Shown in pieces: positions 48,310-58,079 of a DNA stretch of 64,000 nucleotides. Under the pieces are notes generated by a model. It searched no databases and was not told where the DNA came from. It saw nothing but the letters and a program-made list of their open reading frames with translations. The DNA is from an uncultured Poribacteria bacterium. Its GTDB lineage: Bacteria > Poribacteria > WGA-4E > WGA-3G. Made by a program: the position numbers and the translations under genes. The stretch spans positions 4,992,001-5,056,000 of the forward strand of contig OX638351.1 of the NCBI GenBank assembly GCA_951813565.1, written 5' to 3'. Within the stretch, counting starts at the first letter, position 1. Each line of letters starts with the position of its first letter.

Positions 48310-48557
48310 GACTAACCGTAAATTTTGGGAGTATTATCATGCCCTTCCTGAAGAGATTCAAAAACGTGCAGATGAGAAGTTTGAACTGCTAAAGCGGGAT
48401 TCAAAACATCCTTCCCTGCGATTGAAAAGGTTGGACCAGATTGGGTTGTACGTATCAGCAAAGACTACCGGGCTTTGGCAACCGAAGAAGACAGAGTTTA
48501 GTTTGGTATTGGATCGGAAAACACGATGAGTATATGAGGCGTATCAGGGAAAGCTGA
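48299..48557 (+). pseudogene. Frameshifted ParE/RelE-like toxin (paralog of 47593-47853)
   Basis: IYRTNRKFWEYY...HPSLRLK, then VGPDWVVRISKDYRALA and WYWIGKHDEYMRRIRES in other frames (two shifts). Confidence 0.8.
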
Positions 48558-48607
48558 CGTGGGAGTTTCTGATGTTTCCTTTTTTGGAACGCGCGAGCCG
48601 AAAATAA

Positions 48608-48949
48608 ATGATGCCTGACACACATCCGAGAGAACTGGAAGTCTACCAGACTCAAAATGGCAAAGAACCTTTCACTGAATGGTTGGCATCAATTCGAGAG
48701 CAAAGGACACGAACCAGAATTAGAGATAGACTTGAACGGCTTGAAATCGGGAACTTTGGGGATTGCGGGGCTGTTGGTGGAGGTGTTTTTGAGATGCGCC
48801 TCCATTTCGGAGCAGGTTATCGTATCTATTTTGGTGAAGTTAATAACACGATTGTTCTTCTGCTCTGTGGTGGTGATAAATCATCGCAGGCACGGGATAT
48901 TGAACGTGCCAAAACCTATTGGTTGGAATACAAGGAGGCAGACAGATGA
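48608..48949 (+). CDS. RelE/HigB-type addiction module killer protein
   Basis: GKEPFTEWL...RLEIGNFGD...VGGGVFEMR..FGAGYRIYF...LLLCGGDKSSQ. Confidence 0.9.
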   Translation: MMPDTHPRELEVYQTQNGKEPFTEWLASIREQRTRTRIRDRLERLEIGNFGDCGAVGGGVFEMRLHFGAGYRIYFGEVNNTIVLLLCGGDKSSQARDIERAKTYWLEYKEADR

Positions 48950-49341
48950 AAAAATATCGCACATGGCACGAGGTCTTAGTTGAACAACTGACAAGTCGAG
49001 ATGAAGCACTTGACTATCTCCAATTTGCCTTAGAAGAATACCAAGTAAATGGAGACAAACCATTTTTTTTACGAGCTCTCCGAACAGTTTTTGAAGCACA
49101 AGGTGAAATTGTGAAGAAAACAAGCGTTGTCCCTGAAACTCTCTCGGAAGTACTGTCCAGTGACGAGTCACCAAGCATTGACGCGCTCGTTACCATTCTC
49201 AATGCGTTTGGATGGCGACTCTCTATTGAACCGATAGCGGGCGCGTATCCCGATCTGGAAGTTTCAGGCAACAAAGAAGTAGACTTGAACGCGTCAACGG
49301 AAAAAATTGCAGAGTCCGTTGTTGAAGTACCACCATCTTGA
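48946..49341 (+). CDS. Addiction module antidote (XRE-type HTH) protein
   Basis: ATGA overlap with the toxin; YLQFALEE...FLRALRTV.EAQG...LS....PSIDAL. Confidence 0.8.
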   Translation: MKKYRTWHEVLVEQLTSRDEALDYLQFALEEYQVNGDKPFFLRALRTVFEAQGEIVKKTSVVPETLSEVLSSDESPSIDALVTILNAFGWRLSIEPIAGAYPDLEVSGNKEVDLNASTEKIAESVVEVPPS

Positions 49342-49355
49342 TGAGGAATCTTAAA

Positions 49356-50057
49356 ATGCCAACAAATATTCAAAAAGTCTTTCGTTCACCCTACTCAGTC
49401 CCAAACGGTTTACAGGTTACAAACGATGGTTTGTGGATAGTAGACCAAATCACCGACAGAGTCGCTTTAGTTGAAATTGTTTGCGATCCAGAGTATCACG
49501 TGCCGAAACATATCCGTGACATACCGAGCGAATCCTCCAACACAAGCGGCATGGCGTTTGGTGGCGGCGTGTTGTGGTTAGCTGCAAACGGTCCTGGGGA
49601 TCGGTGGCGTGCTGTCCGAGATACAGATGCCAAACCAGGGACGGGTGAGATTTTTCAAGTTGACCCAGCCACTGGTGAAACACTTGGTCGTTTTCCTGTT
49701 CCAGAAGGCGGCGGCACACACGGTGTCGAATATGACAACTACGATGAAGGGCATCTCTGGGTACAGACTCTTAAAAATCAGGAGATACACAAAGTTCGGA
49801 TATCTGATTGGTCGATCCAACACACATTACCTTTACCCTACGGCAGAGCACACGGTACTGTGCGCGTTGAAGACGGACTGTGGGTAACACACACCTCTGA
49901 TCGGGTTATCGTCAAACTTGACCTTGAAGATGGAACAATCTTGGATAAGATTGAAGTATCAGAAGATTACCCTGAACCGCACGGTTTATCCATCTACGGT
50001 GATGATTTCCTCTATTGTGATGCATCTTCTGGGTGGGTTGCAAAAATCACAAGGTAA
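49356..50057 (+). CDS. Beta-propeller protein (NHL/glutaminyl-cyclase-like)
   Basis: PNGL, SGMAFG, HGVEY, AHG, PHGL blade repeats. Confidence 0.65.
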   Translation: MPTNIQKVFRSPYSVPNGLQVTNDGLWIVDQITDRVALVEIVCDPEYHVPKHIRDIPSESSNTSGMAFGGGVLWLAANGPGDRWRAVRDTDAKPGTGEIFQVDPATGETLGRFPVPEGGGTHGVEYDNYDEGHLWVQTLKNQEIHKVRISDWSIQHTLPLPYGRAHGTVRVEDGLWVTHTSDRVIVKLDLEDGTILDKIEVSEDYPEPHGLSIYGDDFLYCDASSGWVAKITR

Positions 50058-50240
50058 TAAACATTCTCTCTTTTAGGAGGGCTTTGTAAGCCGATATTCT
50101 TGTAGTTCGCAAAGATTACAAGGTAGAATCATACCATCAAGGTTAACCTCTTTCCACGGTAAATAAGGTATAATCATACACTCTTGTGGGAGCGGTTTTC
50201 AACCGCGATATGGTCATTATGTGGCAACCTAACAAAAACA

Positions 50241-51647
50241 ATGAAACACATCCCAATTTTACGCGCTGGACGTTCTTACAGAAGTTTGAAAACCGTCAGC
50301 GTTCCCCACATTAAAACAGGCGAAACTTTAGTTGAAGTCAGCCAAGCCAATACTGGTTTGATAGCCAAAGACCTCCGCGACTTGCCACTCCACAAGCAAA
50401 CACTTGCACAACATTCTGTAAAAGAATTGATTTCAATGTGCAGCGATGCTGCGCGCCTATTCACAACTGCTGACTTACCACTTGATAGTGGCACGCAATC
50501 ACCGACAGATTATATCCAACAAGTTTCTGGAACAACAGGTTTACCTGAAACCCTTTGTCAGCAAAACATGGGAAAGATACAAGGTGTTTTGGAAAATATA
50601 GAAACGGTTCTGAACGGCTTGACACGCGGACTTGACCTGGATATCATAGACACAGGATGGGGTGTGCAAAGCGGTCGGACGTTGAGTTACGTTTGTGAAA
50701 CGGATGCGCTTGGTGCAGTGCTGCCGAGTAATTCTCCTGGTGTCCACTCTCTGTGGATTCCTGCTGTCCCTTTAAAAGTACCACTGGTGCTTAAACCGGG
50801 GCGTGAGGAACCGTGGACTCCCTATCGGATAGCACAAGCTTTTATAGAAGCGGGTGTACCTCCAGAAACGTTCAGTTTTTACCCAACCGATTATCCCGGT
50901 GCTAACGAAATCCTTTTCCGTTGTGGCAGATCCATGCTGTTTGGTGGTGGTTCGACTGTAGCACCATGGTTAAATGACCCACGCGTGGAAATCCACGGAC
51001 CGGGACGCAGCAAAATTATCATCCATGAAGGACAGAATGGGAACTGGGAAGACCATCTCAATCTCATCGTAGAATCGGTAGTTAAAAACGGTGGTAGGTC
51101 ATGTATAAATGCTTCTGGCGTGTGGGTAACGGCACATGGCAATGATATTGCCGCAGCATTAGCAGAACGTTTGGCAAGTATTGAACCGAAACCACTTGAC
51201 CATCCCGAAGCAGGAATTGCTGCGTGGGCAAATCCGAAAGCAGCGCACAGTATCTCTGCACTGATTGACAGTCATCTCAAACAACCCGGCGCGACTGAAT
51301 TAACAACGGGTGAACGGGTGATTGAATTAGATGGTTGCACATTCCTTAGACCGACGGTGATATGGTGTGAAGACCCTGAACACCCCTTGGCAAACACGGA
51401 ATTCCCATTTCCATTTGTGAGTGTCGTTGAAGTGCCAGCAGCACAATTAGTCGAATCCATTGGAGCGACATTAGTTGCCACCGTTATTACCGAAGATGTG
51501 GTACTAACCCAAGCACTCTTAACAACACCTCTTGTTGATCGACTAAATATAGGTGCGATCCCGACAAATCAGATTTCTTGGGATAGTCCGCATGAAGGAA
51601 ATCTGTTCGAGCATCTCTATCGACAACGTGCATTTCAGCAGGGATGA
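50241..51647 (+). CDS. Aldehyde dehydrogenase family (LuxC/acyl-CoA reductase-like) protein
   Basis: LPSNSPG, LKPG, FGG, HGPGRSK, GRSCINAS (catalytic Cys), EFPFPF. Confidence 0.8.
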   Translation: MKHIPILRAGRSYRSLKTVSVPHIKTGETLVEVSQANTGLIAKDLRDLPLHKQTLAQHSVKELISMCSDAARLFTTADLPLDSGTQSPTDYIQQVSGTTGLPETLCQQNMGKIQGVLENIETVLNGLTRGLDLDIIDTGWGVQSGRTLSYVCETDALGAVLPSNSPGVHSLWIPAVPLKVPLVLKPGREEPWTPYRIAQAFIEAGVPPETFSFYPTDYPGANEILFRCGRSMLFGGGSTVAPWLNDPRVEIHGPGRSKIIIHEGQNGNWEDHLNLIVESVVKNGGRSCINASGVWVTAHGNDIAAALAERLASIEPKPLDHPEAGIAAWANPKAAHSISALIDSHLKQPGATELTTGERVIELDGCTFLRPTVIWCEDPEHPLANTEFPFPFVSVVEVPAAQLVESIGATLVATVITEDVVLTQALLTTPLVDRLNIGAIPTNQISWDSPHEGNLFEHLYRQRAFQQG

Positions 51648-51746
51648 TTTCTATAAACTTCTTATCAATGCGTTGTATCTGTTGTATCAGTTTAACTTAC
51701 CAAGGCAACGTAAGGATAAATAATCTGATTAAGGTTTTCTCAAAAT

Positions 51747-52147
51747 TTGAAATCGACGGCATATTTTAATCACGTCCGGCAGAGACCTGACCGCGCAAAA
51801 ATCAAAACTGAATGGATTATAGAGACTATCAGAAATCCTGTCTATACAGAAATGCAAGTTGATGGTAGAATAACCCAAGTTGCTACCTATATCGCGAATG
51901 CTCTTGTAGGAGGGGTTTCTAACCCCGATTTAAAAAAGAAAGCATAAGAATTAGCTGGAAATCCTTGTTTTTCAGTAAAAAGCAATGTCTACAAGCTTGA
52001 AATCTTGTCCGTAGCAACTTAGGTTAGAATAAGAAATGGAGATTGATTTCCGAAAAAGGTAAGTTTCTCAGAGTGATTTTGCTGGAGGATGGCGAAACAG
52101 TTCATAACGCTTTTTTCGATAGGAATTTTAAAAGAAGACCACAATGA
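51747..52147 (+). pseudogene. Toxin-like small gene disrupted by a MITE
   Basis: N-half ...NPVYTEMQVDGRI; C-half WRLISEKGKFLRVILLEDGETVHNAFFDRNF ending with an ATGA overlap to the DUF2283 gene. Confidence 0.75.
51873..52024. mobile_element. 152-bp MITE with IS982-like ends
   Basis: TIR ACCCAAGTTGCTAC / GTAGCAACTTAGGT (13/14); duplication TAGAATA at 51866-51872 and 52025-52031. Confidence 0.85.
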
Positions 52148-52386
52148 AAATAGAATATTTCCATGACACTGGCACAGCACTCATTGAATTTTCAACCCAT
52201 CCTATTACCGAAACAAAAGAAATCAATGAAAACATATATATAGACCTGGATTCTAAGGGAAATCTTGTTGCAATCACAATTGAACATGCCAACTTACAGG
52301 CGAATTTACCTGAATTGTTTTATGAGCAGATAGGTGCACCGGAATCACAACCACTATTGCATGAAAAGGCAAAACCTCCCATATAA
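52144..52386 (+). CDS. DUF2283 domain protein (antitoxin-like)
   Basis: MKIEYF.DT.T..IEF...I.ET.EINENIYIDLD..GNLV.ITIEHA. Confidence 0.85.
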   Translation: MKIEYFHDTGTALIEFSTHPITETKEINENIYIDLDSKGNLVAITIEHANLQANLPELFYEQIGAPESQPLLHEKAKPPI

Positions 52387-52387
52387 T

Positions 52388-53887
52388 ATGACTAACAACC
52401 CTAATGTAATTCTCATATTCGCAGACGACCTTGGGCGTGGTATGCTAAGTTGTTATGGACAGCAACATTTTGAGACGCCCAATATCGACCGCCTTGCAAA
52501 CGAAGGAATGCGATTCAATCACGCCTACGGTTGTGCGTTCTGCGCACCCTCCCGCGCAAGCATGTTGACCGGGATCCACGATTGCCATCAAGACACATGG
52601 ACATATACCAAGGCTGGAATCTACAAAAGCATAAGTACTGGTCAAATGATGCCAAGTGAAATTTCGGAGTTGATTCATACCACCGGGTTACAGGCGGGTG
52701 CCGACGATGTTTTCTTAGCTGAAGTCGCAGAGGAAGCGGATTATGTGACGGGACAGATCGGGAAACTTGAATGGGGTTTTGCCACAACAGCAGAACGTAT
52801 TCGCCGCCACGGGTGGCAGTATCACTACGGTTATTATGACCACCAGCGTTGCCACGGATTTTATCCGCCTTTTCTCTTCGAAAATGGGGAATTGACGAAC
52901 ATTCAAGGCAATACCCATGCAGACTGCGCGAAGCACCCAAATACAGAATCCATTGAAAATATGGAGATTCGTAGGAATCGTCAAGGGAAAGCAGTGTATT
53001 CTCAGGACATTTTCAACGAAAAAATCATTGAATTCCTTCGCGCTCACAAGAATAAACCTTTCTTTCTCTATCACCCTTCTCAGCTGCCACACGGACCAAT
53101 TGCAATACCTGACATCCATCCATCAGTGAAAGAATCTTCGGAATTGACGACGTATGAGAAAGAATACGCTTCCATGATCCTAAAACTGGATGAAACCGTT
53201 GGGATCATTTTGGATGAACTCCAACGGCTTGGAATCGATGATCGTACGATGATTGTCTTTTGCTCTGATAACGGTCACGAAGTGTATTACCGGCAAGAAG
53301 GGCGGACTTCTGGTCGTCAAAGGGATTTGGATAGGAACCCCTTTGACGAGATCACAACGAAATTCTATTCGGAGACAGGCGGAGACGTATTCAACGGAAA
53401 CGACGGTATGGGAGGATTGAAGTTTTCAAGTTGGGAAGGCGGCACGCGAATCCCTTATCTTGTCCGTTTTCCCGGCACGATTACACCTGACCGCGTGTCA
53501 AATCACATGCTCGCTAACTACGATTTGATGCCGACCCTTGCCGATCTCATCGGCGTAGAATTGCCGCAAGCCAAAGACGGTGTGTCCTTCTTACCGACTT
53601 TGTTGGAACAGGATGATGCGCAACAGAACCATGACTGGATTGTATACGCCTCTCGACTTGGGCCCGCGTTAGTAACGTCTGATGGTTGGAAACTACGCTA
53701 TATCAACAAAATGGATAGTTTCCAACTATACCATCTCCCTCACGACTACCGCGAAGAAAACGACATTTCTGCAGAACATCCCGACATTGTTTCCCAACTC
53801 AGTGAATGGCTATTGAATGCTTGTGATGGCGATTACCATAATGGCACACCACAAGCACATTTCGCTGCATATCCTGACAACAACTGA
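52388..53887 (+). CDS. Sulfatase family protein
   Basis: PNVILIFADDLG, CAPSR, LPH, SDNG, WEGGTRIP. Confidence 0.9.
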   Translation: MTNNPNVILIFADDLGRGMLSCYGQQHFETPNIDRLANEGMRFNHAYGCAFCAPSRASMLTGIHDCHQDTWTYTKAGIYKSISTGQMMPSEISELIHTTGLQAGADDVFLAEVAEEADYVTGQIGKLEWGFATTAERIRRHGWQYHYGYYDHQRCHGFYPPFLFENGELTNIQGNTHADCAKHPNTESIENMEIRRNRQGKAVYSQDIFNEKIIEFLRAHKNKPFFLYHPSQLPHGPIAIPDIHPSVKESSELTTYEKEYASMILKLDETVGIILDELQRLGIDDRTMIVFCSDNGHEVYYRQEGRTSGRQRDLDRNPFDEITTKFYSETGGDVFNGNDGMGGLKFSSWEGGTRIPYLVRFPGTITPDRVSNHMLANYDLMPTLADLIGVELPQAKDGVSFLPTLLEQDDAQQNHDWIVYASRLGPALVTSDGWKLRYINKMDSFQLYHLPHDYREENDISAEHPDIVSQLSEWLLNACDGDYHNGTPQAHFAAYPDNN

Positions 53888-54010
53888 CTGCTATAAAATA
53901 CCACAATTGCTGACAGGGTCATGGAGTCAAATCAACCTACCTATAAGAAGCATTCAATTTCCAGTTTTGAGTACAGAAGTGTGAAACAACACCTCAAAAG
54001 CCGTTAAAAA

Positions 54011-54375
54011 GAGGCGCAATGAATCGCGCGACTACAAACGCACATGTTCACATGTTTTTAGGATGACGCTAATACAAACGGATTGCTGCTATAGTGAACT
54101 TTAGAATTAACAGGACATTTTGAGTTGTCCGAGGGAACTCCGGGGAATGCCAAAAGGCATTCATACCGTTGATTTGGATTCCCGACTATCAGTGAATTTC
54201 ATCGCGATTCGGAGATCGCTCCTACAGAAAATGTGCCTCTTTAATTTCAAGGTTCACCATAATTTATTTTGAACTAAAATCGGGCGGACAAGGTTTCCCT
54301 CCCACAAGAGGAAATCCAGCAATTTTTTCTTAAATTGACACTTATGGGTGGCGCTATTGCTGTACCCAACCTACA
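54011..54375. repeat. Intergenic cluster of REP-like palindromes and inverted-repeat elements
   Basis: GAGGCGCAATGAATCGCGCGACTACAA; ATAGTGAACTTTAGAATTAA...TTAATTTCAAGGTTCACCAT; filled REP 54127-54230; CTCCCACAAGAG; CTTAAATTGACAC. Confidence 0.75.
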
Positions 54376-54416
54376 AGAACTTGTGGACGGAAACCCACTG
54401 CGTGCGCCTACTACCT

Positions 54417-55475
54417 TTAAGTCAAATCCGTTAGTTGCGGCATCACTTCATTCTTTAGAAGTTCCATTGAATGCGTCCACTGCTCCTTAGGTTCCCATTC
54501 GTGTCCCATAGCAAGCAACACACCGAACCCACCGACATCTTCATAAAGTTGGCGCAAACGATTTGCAACATGATCAGGACTACCAACAATCCATAGTGTA
54601 TCTAATAAGTACTCCAAACACGTTTCTACGTCGGGAATGTCAGGATTCATCTTGAATTTTTCCCATCCAAAGAGCCTAAACCAATAATCCCGAAAATCGC
54701 GTCCGAGTGTGCCTTCAATAGCCTCTTTCCGCGCCTGCTCATCGGTATCCGCAACGTATACCTCGCGGGCGATGCGCCATGTAGATCGCGATGGGGAGAG
54801 TCCAGTTTTCGCAGCGCCCTCTTCAACAGCATCCCAATGCGTCTTTATTACGTGGACAGGCGCAAGATTGATACTCATCGGAATCCAGCCACGCTCACCA
54901 GCAAAAATAAGCGTGTCCGATTTAGTTGACGATCCTGCCAGTGCAATCGGGGGGTGCGGTTTCTGATACGGCTTCATGTGAATGCTAACGATGTCTGGAT
55001 GGCCTTCAGGTATCTTAAATTCCCAGAAATCGCTTTTATAATGACCCGGTTCAGGATCCGTCCAAATTTTGAGAACAGCATCAATTCCTTCCCGAGTTGC
55101 CTTCCGTCTGTCAGCAGATGCCATGAACATTTCCGCATCACTCGGTGTGGAACTTGACCCAATGCCCCAGTGAAAACGTCCGTGTGCAAGATGATCTAAC
55201 TGCGCAATGCGATGCGCGACAACTGCTGGGTTATGTATCGGCATACACGTTATCCCAGTGCCAAATATGATGTTTTCTGTCATCGCAAGTGCTTTTGCGA
55301 TAAAGAGGTCAGGAGACGGAATATTTTCCCATGTAAACGTAAAATGTTCACCAATATAAGCTTCTTTATAGCCTAATTTGTCTAATGTCACCACCTGTTC
55401 AAGATCGTCGTCTAATGTTTTCGTTGTGTTACTACCAGGCGGGTGCAAAGGCATTGTGAAAAATCCGAGTTCCAT
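54417..55475 (-). CDS. LLM class flavin-dependent oxidoreductase (luciferase-like monooxygenase)
   Basis: LGFFTMPLHP, IGEH, QLDHLAHGRF, PYQKPHPPI, IVGSPD. Confidence 0.9.
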   Translation of the reverse strand: MELGFFTMPLHPPGSNTTKTLDDDLEQVVTLDKLGYKEAYIGEHFTFTWENIPSPDLFIAKALAMTENIIFGTGITCMPIHNPAVVAHRIAQLDHLAHGRFHWGIGSSSTPSDAEMFMASADRRKATREGIDAVLKIWTDPEPGHYKSDFWEFKIPEGHPDIVSIHMKPYQKPHPPIALAGSSTKSDTLIFAGERGWIPMSINLAPVHVIKTHWDAVEEGAAKTGLSPSRSTWRIAREVYVADTDEQARKEAIEGTLGRDFRDYWFRLFGWEKFKMNPDIPDVETCLEYLLDTLWIVGSPDHVANRLRQLYEDVGGFGVLLAMGHEWEPKEQWTHSMELLKNEVMPQLTDLT

Positions 55476-55728
55476 AGATAAACTCCTTTGTATGTATAAA
55501 ACGAACGGAGTAAGTAAAAGATTCTTGTCTGTGCTTCTGTAAGTCGTGGACTATGTTTATTGAAACGCGTTCTGTTGTGTTGGATAAGGCAATTTGAGGA
55601 TATATTTCTGAACTTGACAAGATCAAAGGAATCTGTTATTGTTTTCACAAGTCTTAAAATTCTATCAAAACTTTACCATAAATCAACATATTTTTCAAGT
55701 GTTTTACGCGAAGGGGAGATTGCATATA

Positions 55729-56919
55729 ATGAATACAAAAAATTTTGTCTTGACTTCAGTTATCTTGTTGGCAGTTCTAAGTATATCTCTATTAGGATGT
55801 GAAAAAATTGATCAGATGATTCCAACCGACACCACACCTCCGATGGATACCACGTTAAAAATTGGCGTGATTCAACCGGCACATAGCTACACGACTTTTA
55901 GTCAGGGTGCTGAAACCGCTCGTGTCCAAATTAATAAAAATGGTGGTGTACTCGGCATGGAGGTAGAGTTTATCACCCGAAATAACCAGCTTGTAGCAGA
56001 TGAACCACCAACATCGGAAGCAAGCATCAGTGCAGCAAATGAACTGATTGAGATGGAAAACGTTTTTGCACTTCTCGGTCCCGTTCGCTCAACCATGGCT
56101 CTTGAGGTTGGCCCAATTGCGCAGCAGGCACAGCGACTCATGCTCCCCGGTTCAAGCGGTTCAAATGTACCAGAATCGGGAGATTATATTTTTCTCATCA
56201 CGGTGCCAAACCCTTTTCAAGGGAAAGTGATGGCAAGTTTCGCTATGAATCCTGACGAACTTGGGGCAAAAACTGCAGCGACAATCTATGAGGCGGACGA
56301 TAGTTATTCTGCTGATCTCGTCCAAGCATTTGAAGCATCTTTTAAGGACATCGGTGGTCAAATCGTTCACAGCGGTTCATATTCAGCTGGTGAGACTACT
56401 TTCACTACACTACTCACGGAAATTCAAGGCGCTACACCGGACGTCATTTTTTGCCCCAGTCATCAACCAGAAGTGCCACGTTTGATAAACGAAGCACAGC
56501 AAATCGGTATCAAAGCAACTTTTCTCGGCGGCAGCGCATGGGATGACAGAGAGCTATTCCTTGACATCTTAGAGGATAGCACTGTATTGGACGGCAGTTA
56601 TTATCCGACTAATTTCTCCGTAGCCACACAAGATACATCTGTTCAGGAATTTGTGAACGGATACATGACGTTGTACGATAGCCCACCTGATGGCGTTGCA
56701 GCGTCTGGCTACGATGCGATGCGGCTTTTGGCACGCGCTATAGAGAAGGCAGGTTCGCTTGATCCGGCTGCTGTTCGTAATGCCTTTGCAGAAGTCAAAG
56801 ATTACAAAGGTGCTACAACTATTTCGCATTACGATGCAAACCGCCATCCAGTCAAAAGCCTTGCAATTCAGGTAATTCGTGGTGGACAGGTTGAACACTA
56901 CAAAGTTGTAGCGCCATAA
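55729..56919 (+). CDS. Branched-chain amino-acid-type ABC transporter substrate-binding lipoprotein
   Basis: Lipobox LLGC; IN..GGVLG, GYDAM.LL..AIEKAGS.D. Confidence 0.85.
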   Translation: MNTKNFVLTSVILLAVLSISLLGCEKIDQMIPTDTTPPMDTTLKIGVIQPAHSYTTFSQGAETARVQINKNGGVLGMEVEFITRNNQLVADEPPTSEASISAANELIEMENVFALLGPVRSTMALEVGPIAQQAQRLMLPGSSGSNVPESGDYIFLITVPNPFQGKVMASFAMNPDELGAKTAATIYEADDSYSADLVQAFEASFKDIGGQIVHSGSYSAGETTFTTLLTEIQGATPDVIFCPSHQPEVPRLINEAQQIGIKATFLGGSAWDDRELFLDILEDSTVLDGSYYPTNFSVATQDTSVQEFVNGYMTLYDSPPDGVAASGYDAMRLLARAIEKAGSLDPAAVRNAFAEVKDYKGATTISHYDANRHPVKSLAIQVIRGGQVEHYKVVAP

Positions 56920-56940
56920 CATAGGTAGGATACTCGCCAG

Positions 56941-57975
56941 ATGACAAACCAAATCATTCAACTCGGAGTCGTCGGGTGCGGATGGGCAGGCTGCCAAGCT
57001 ATCCACGCCGCCAATGCTACATCTCGACTGAACGTCATCGCTATTGCAGAACGCGATCCAACCCGTCGTGAACAAGCAGGGGACGACTACGCAGTACCAC
57101 ATCGCTACGTTGACTATCGCGAACTCCTTGATGACTCCGCTGTTGATGCAGTTTATCTCGCTACTTCTCCAGATGGCAGACTCCAACAAGTCTTGGATAC
57201 GCTCGCCGCAGGCAAACATGTTTTAGTCCAAAAACCGCACGCAATCCGAGCACCTGAAATTTTAGAGATGGAAGCAGCAGCGCAACAGTCCGACAAAACG
57301 CTCCAATTCTGCTATTTTATGCATCACTTTCCGCACAACCGCCAAATTCGGAGCGCAATTCGGAATGGCGCAATTGGGGACCCATTTCATGCCCGCGTTT
57401 TTGGAAAATTCAACTTTATTCCAACCCTTGATGCCAACAGTAGATGGCTACATGTTTATGGACAGAAAGGTGGTTCATTAGGACAACACTATTCACACGA
57501 ACTCAATCTGACATGGTGGTGGATGGGATGTCCGAAACCGATATGGGCATTTGCATCAAAGCATGTGCTTTATCCACAGTACGATGGACCGGAGGGCGCA
57601 GCAGAAGACTATTTCACTGGTCTCCTCGGATGTGAAGGTGGCAAAACTATCCAGATTGACTGTTCACGGATGAGTCATTCAGACTCTGGCAGTGTTGTAG
57701 AACTTTACGGCACCACTGGCGCAATCACAAATGGCGGTATATCACGATTCAAAGATGGTGAATTTGTCCGAGAACCGATTGATGAACCTATTGAAATTGA
57801 TCACGGAGAACTGCCTGAAGATGTGCCTGTTTTCTACTACGAACTCAACCATTTCGCCATGGCTATTGCAGGCGAAGTCGCACCAGATGTTGATGCATCT
57901 AATGCTTATACCTTTATGCAAATATTGGATGCACTTTACGACAGTGCAAAGAGTGGTGAAAAGGTTTATATTTGA
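56941..57975 (+). CDS. Gfo/Idh/MocA family oxidoreductase
   Basis: GVVGCG, VDAVYLAT, GKHVLVQKP. Confidence 0.88.
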   Translation: MTNQIIQLGVVGCGWAGCQAIHAANATSRLNVIAIAERDPTRREQAGDDYAVPHRYVDYRELLDDSAVDAVYLATSPDGRLQQVLDTLAAGKHVLVQKPHAIRAPEILEMEAAAQQSDKTLQFCYFMHHFPHNRQIRSAIRNGAIGDPFHARVFGKFNFIPTLDANSRWLHVYGQKGGSLGQHYSHELNLTWWWMGCPKPIWAFASKHVLYPQYDGPEGAAEDYFTGLLGCEGGKTIQIDCSRMSHSDSGSVVELYGTTGAITNGGISRFKDGEFVREPIDEPIEIDHGELPEDVPVFYYELNHFAMAIAGEVAPDVDASNAYTFMQILDALYDSAKSGEKVYI

Positions 57976-58000
57976 CAAAAACACATCTTTCTGTTAATCT
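57972..58000 (+). promoter_or_regulatory. Sigma70-type promoter upstream of the oxidoreductase array
   Basis: TTGACA-17 nt-TAATCT with an extended -10 TG. Confidence 0.55.
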
Positions 58001-58079
58001 ATACCGAAATGATATATTCCTCATATACGAGAATACTTTATTTATAAAACTAATAGACACCTAAATGTGGAGACATTCC

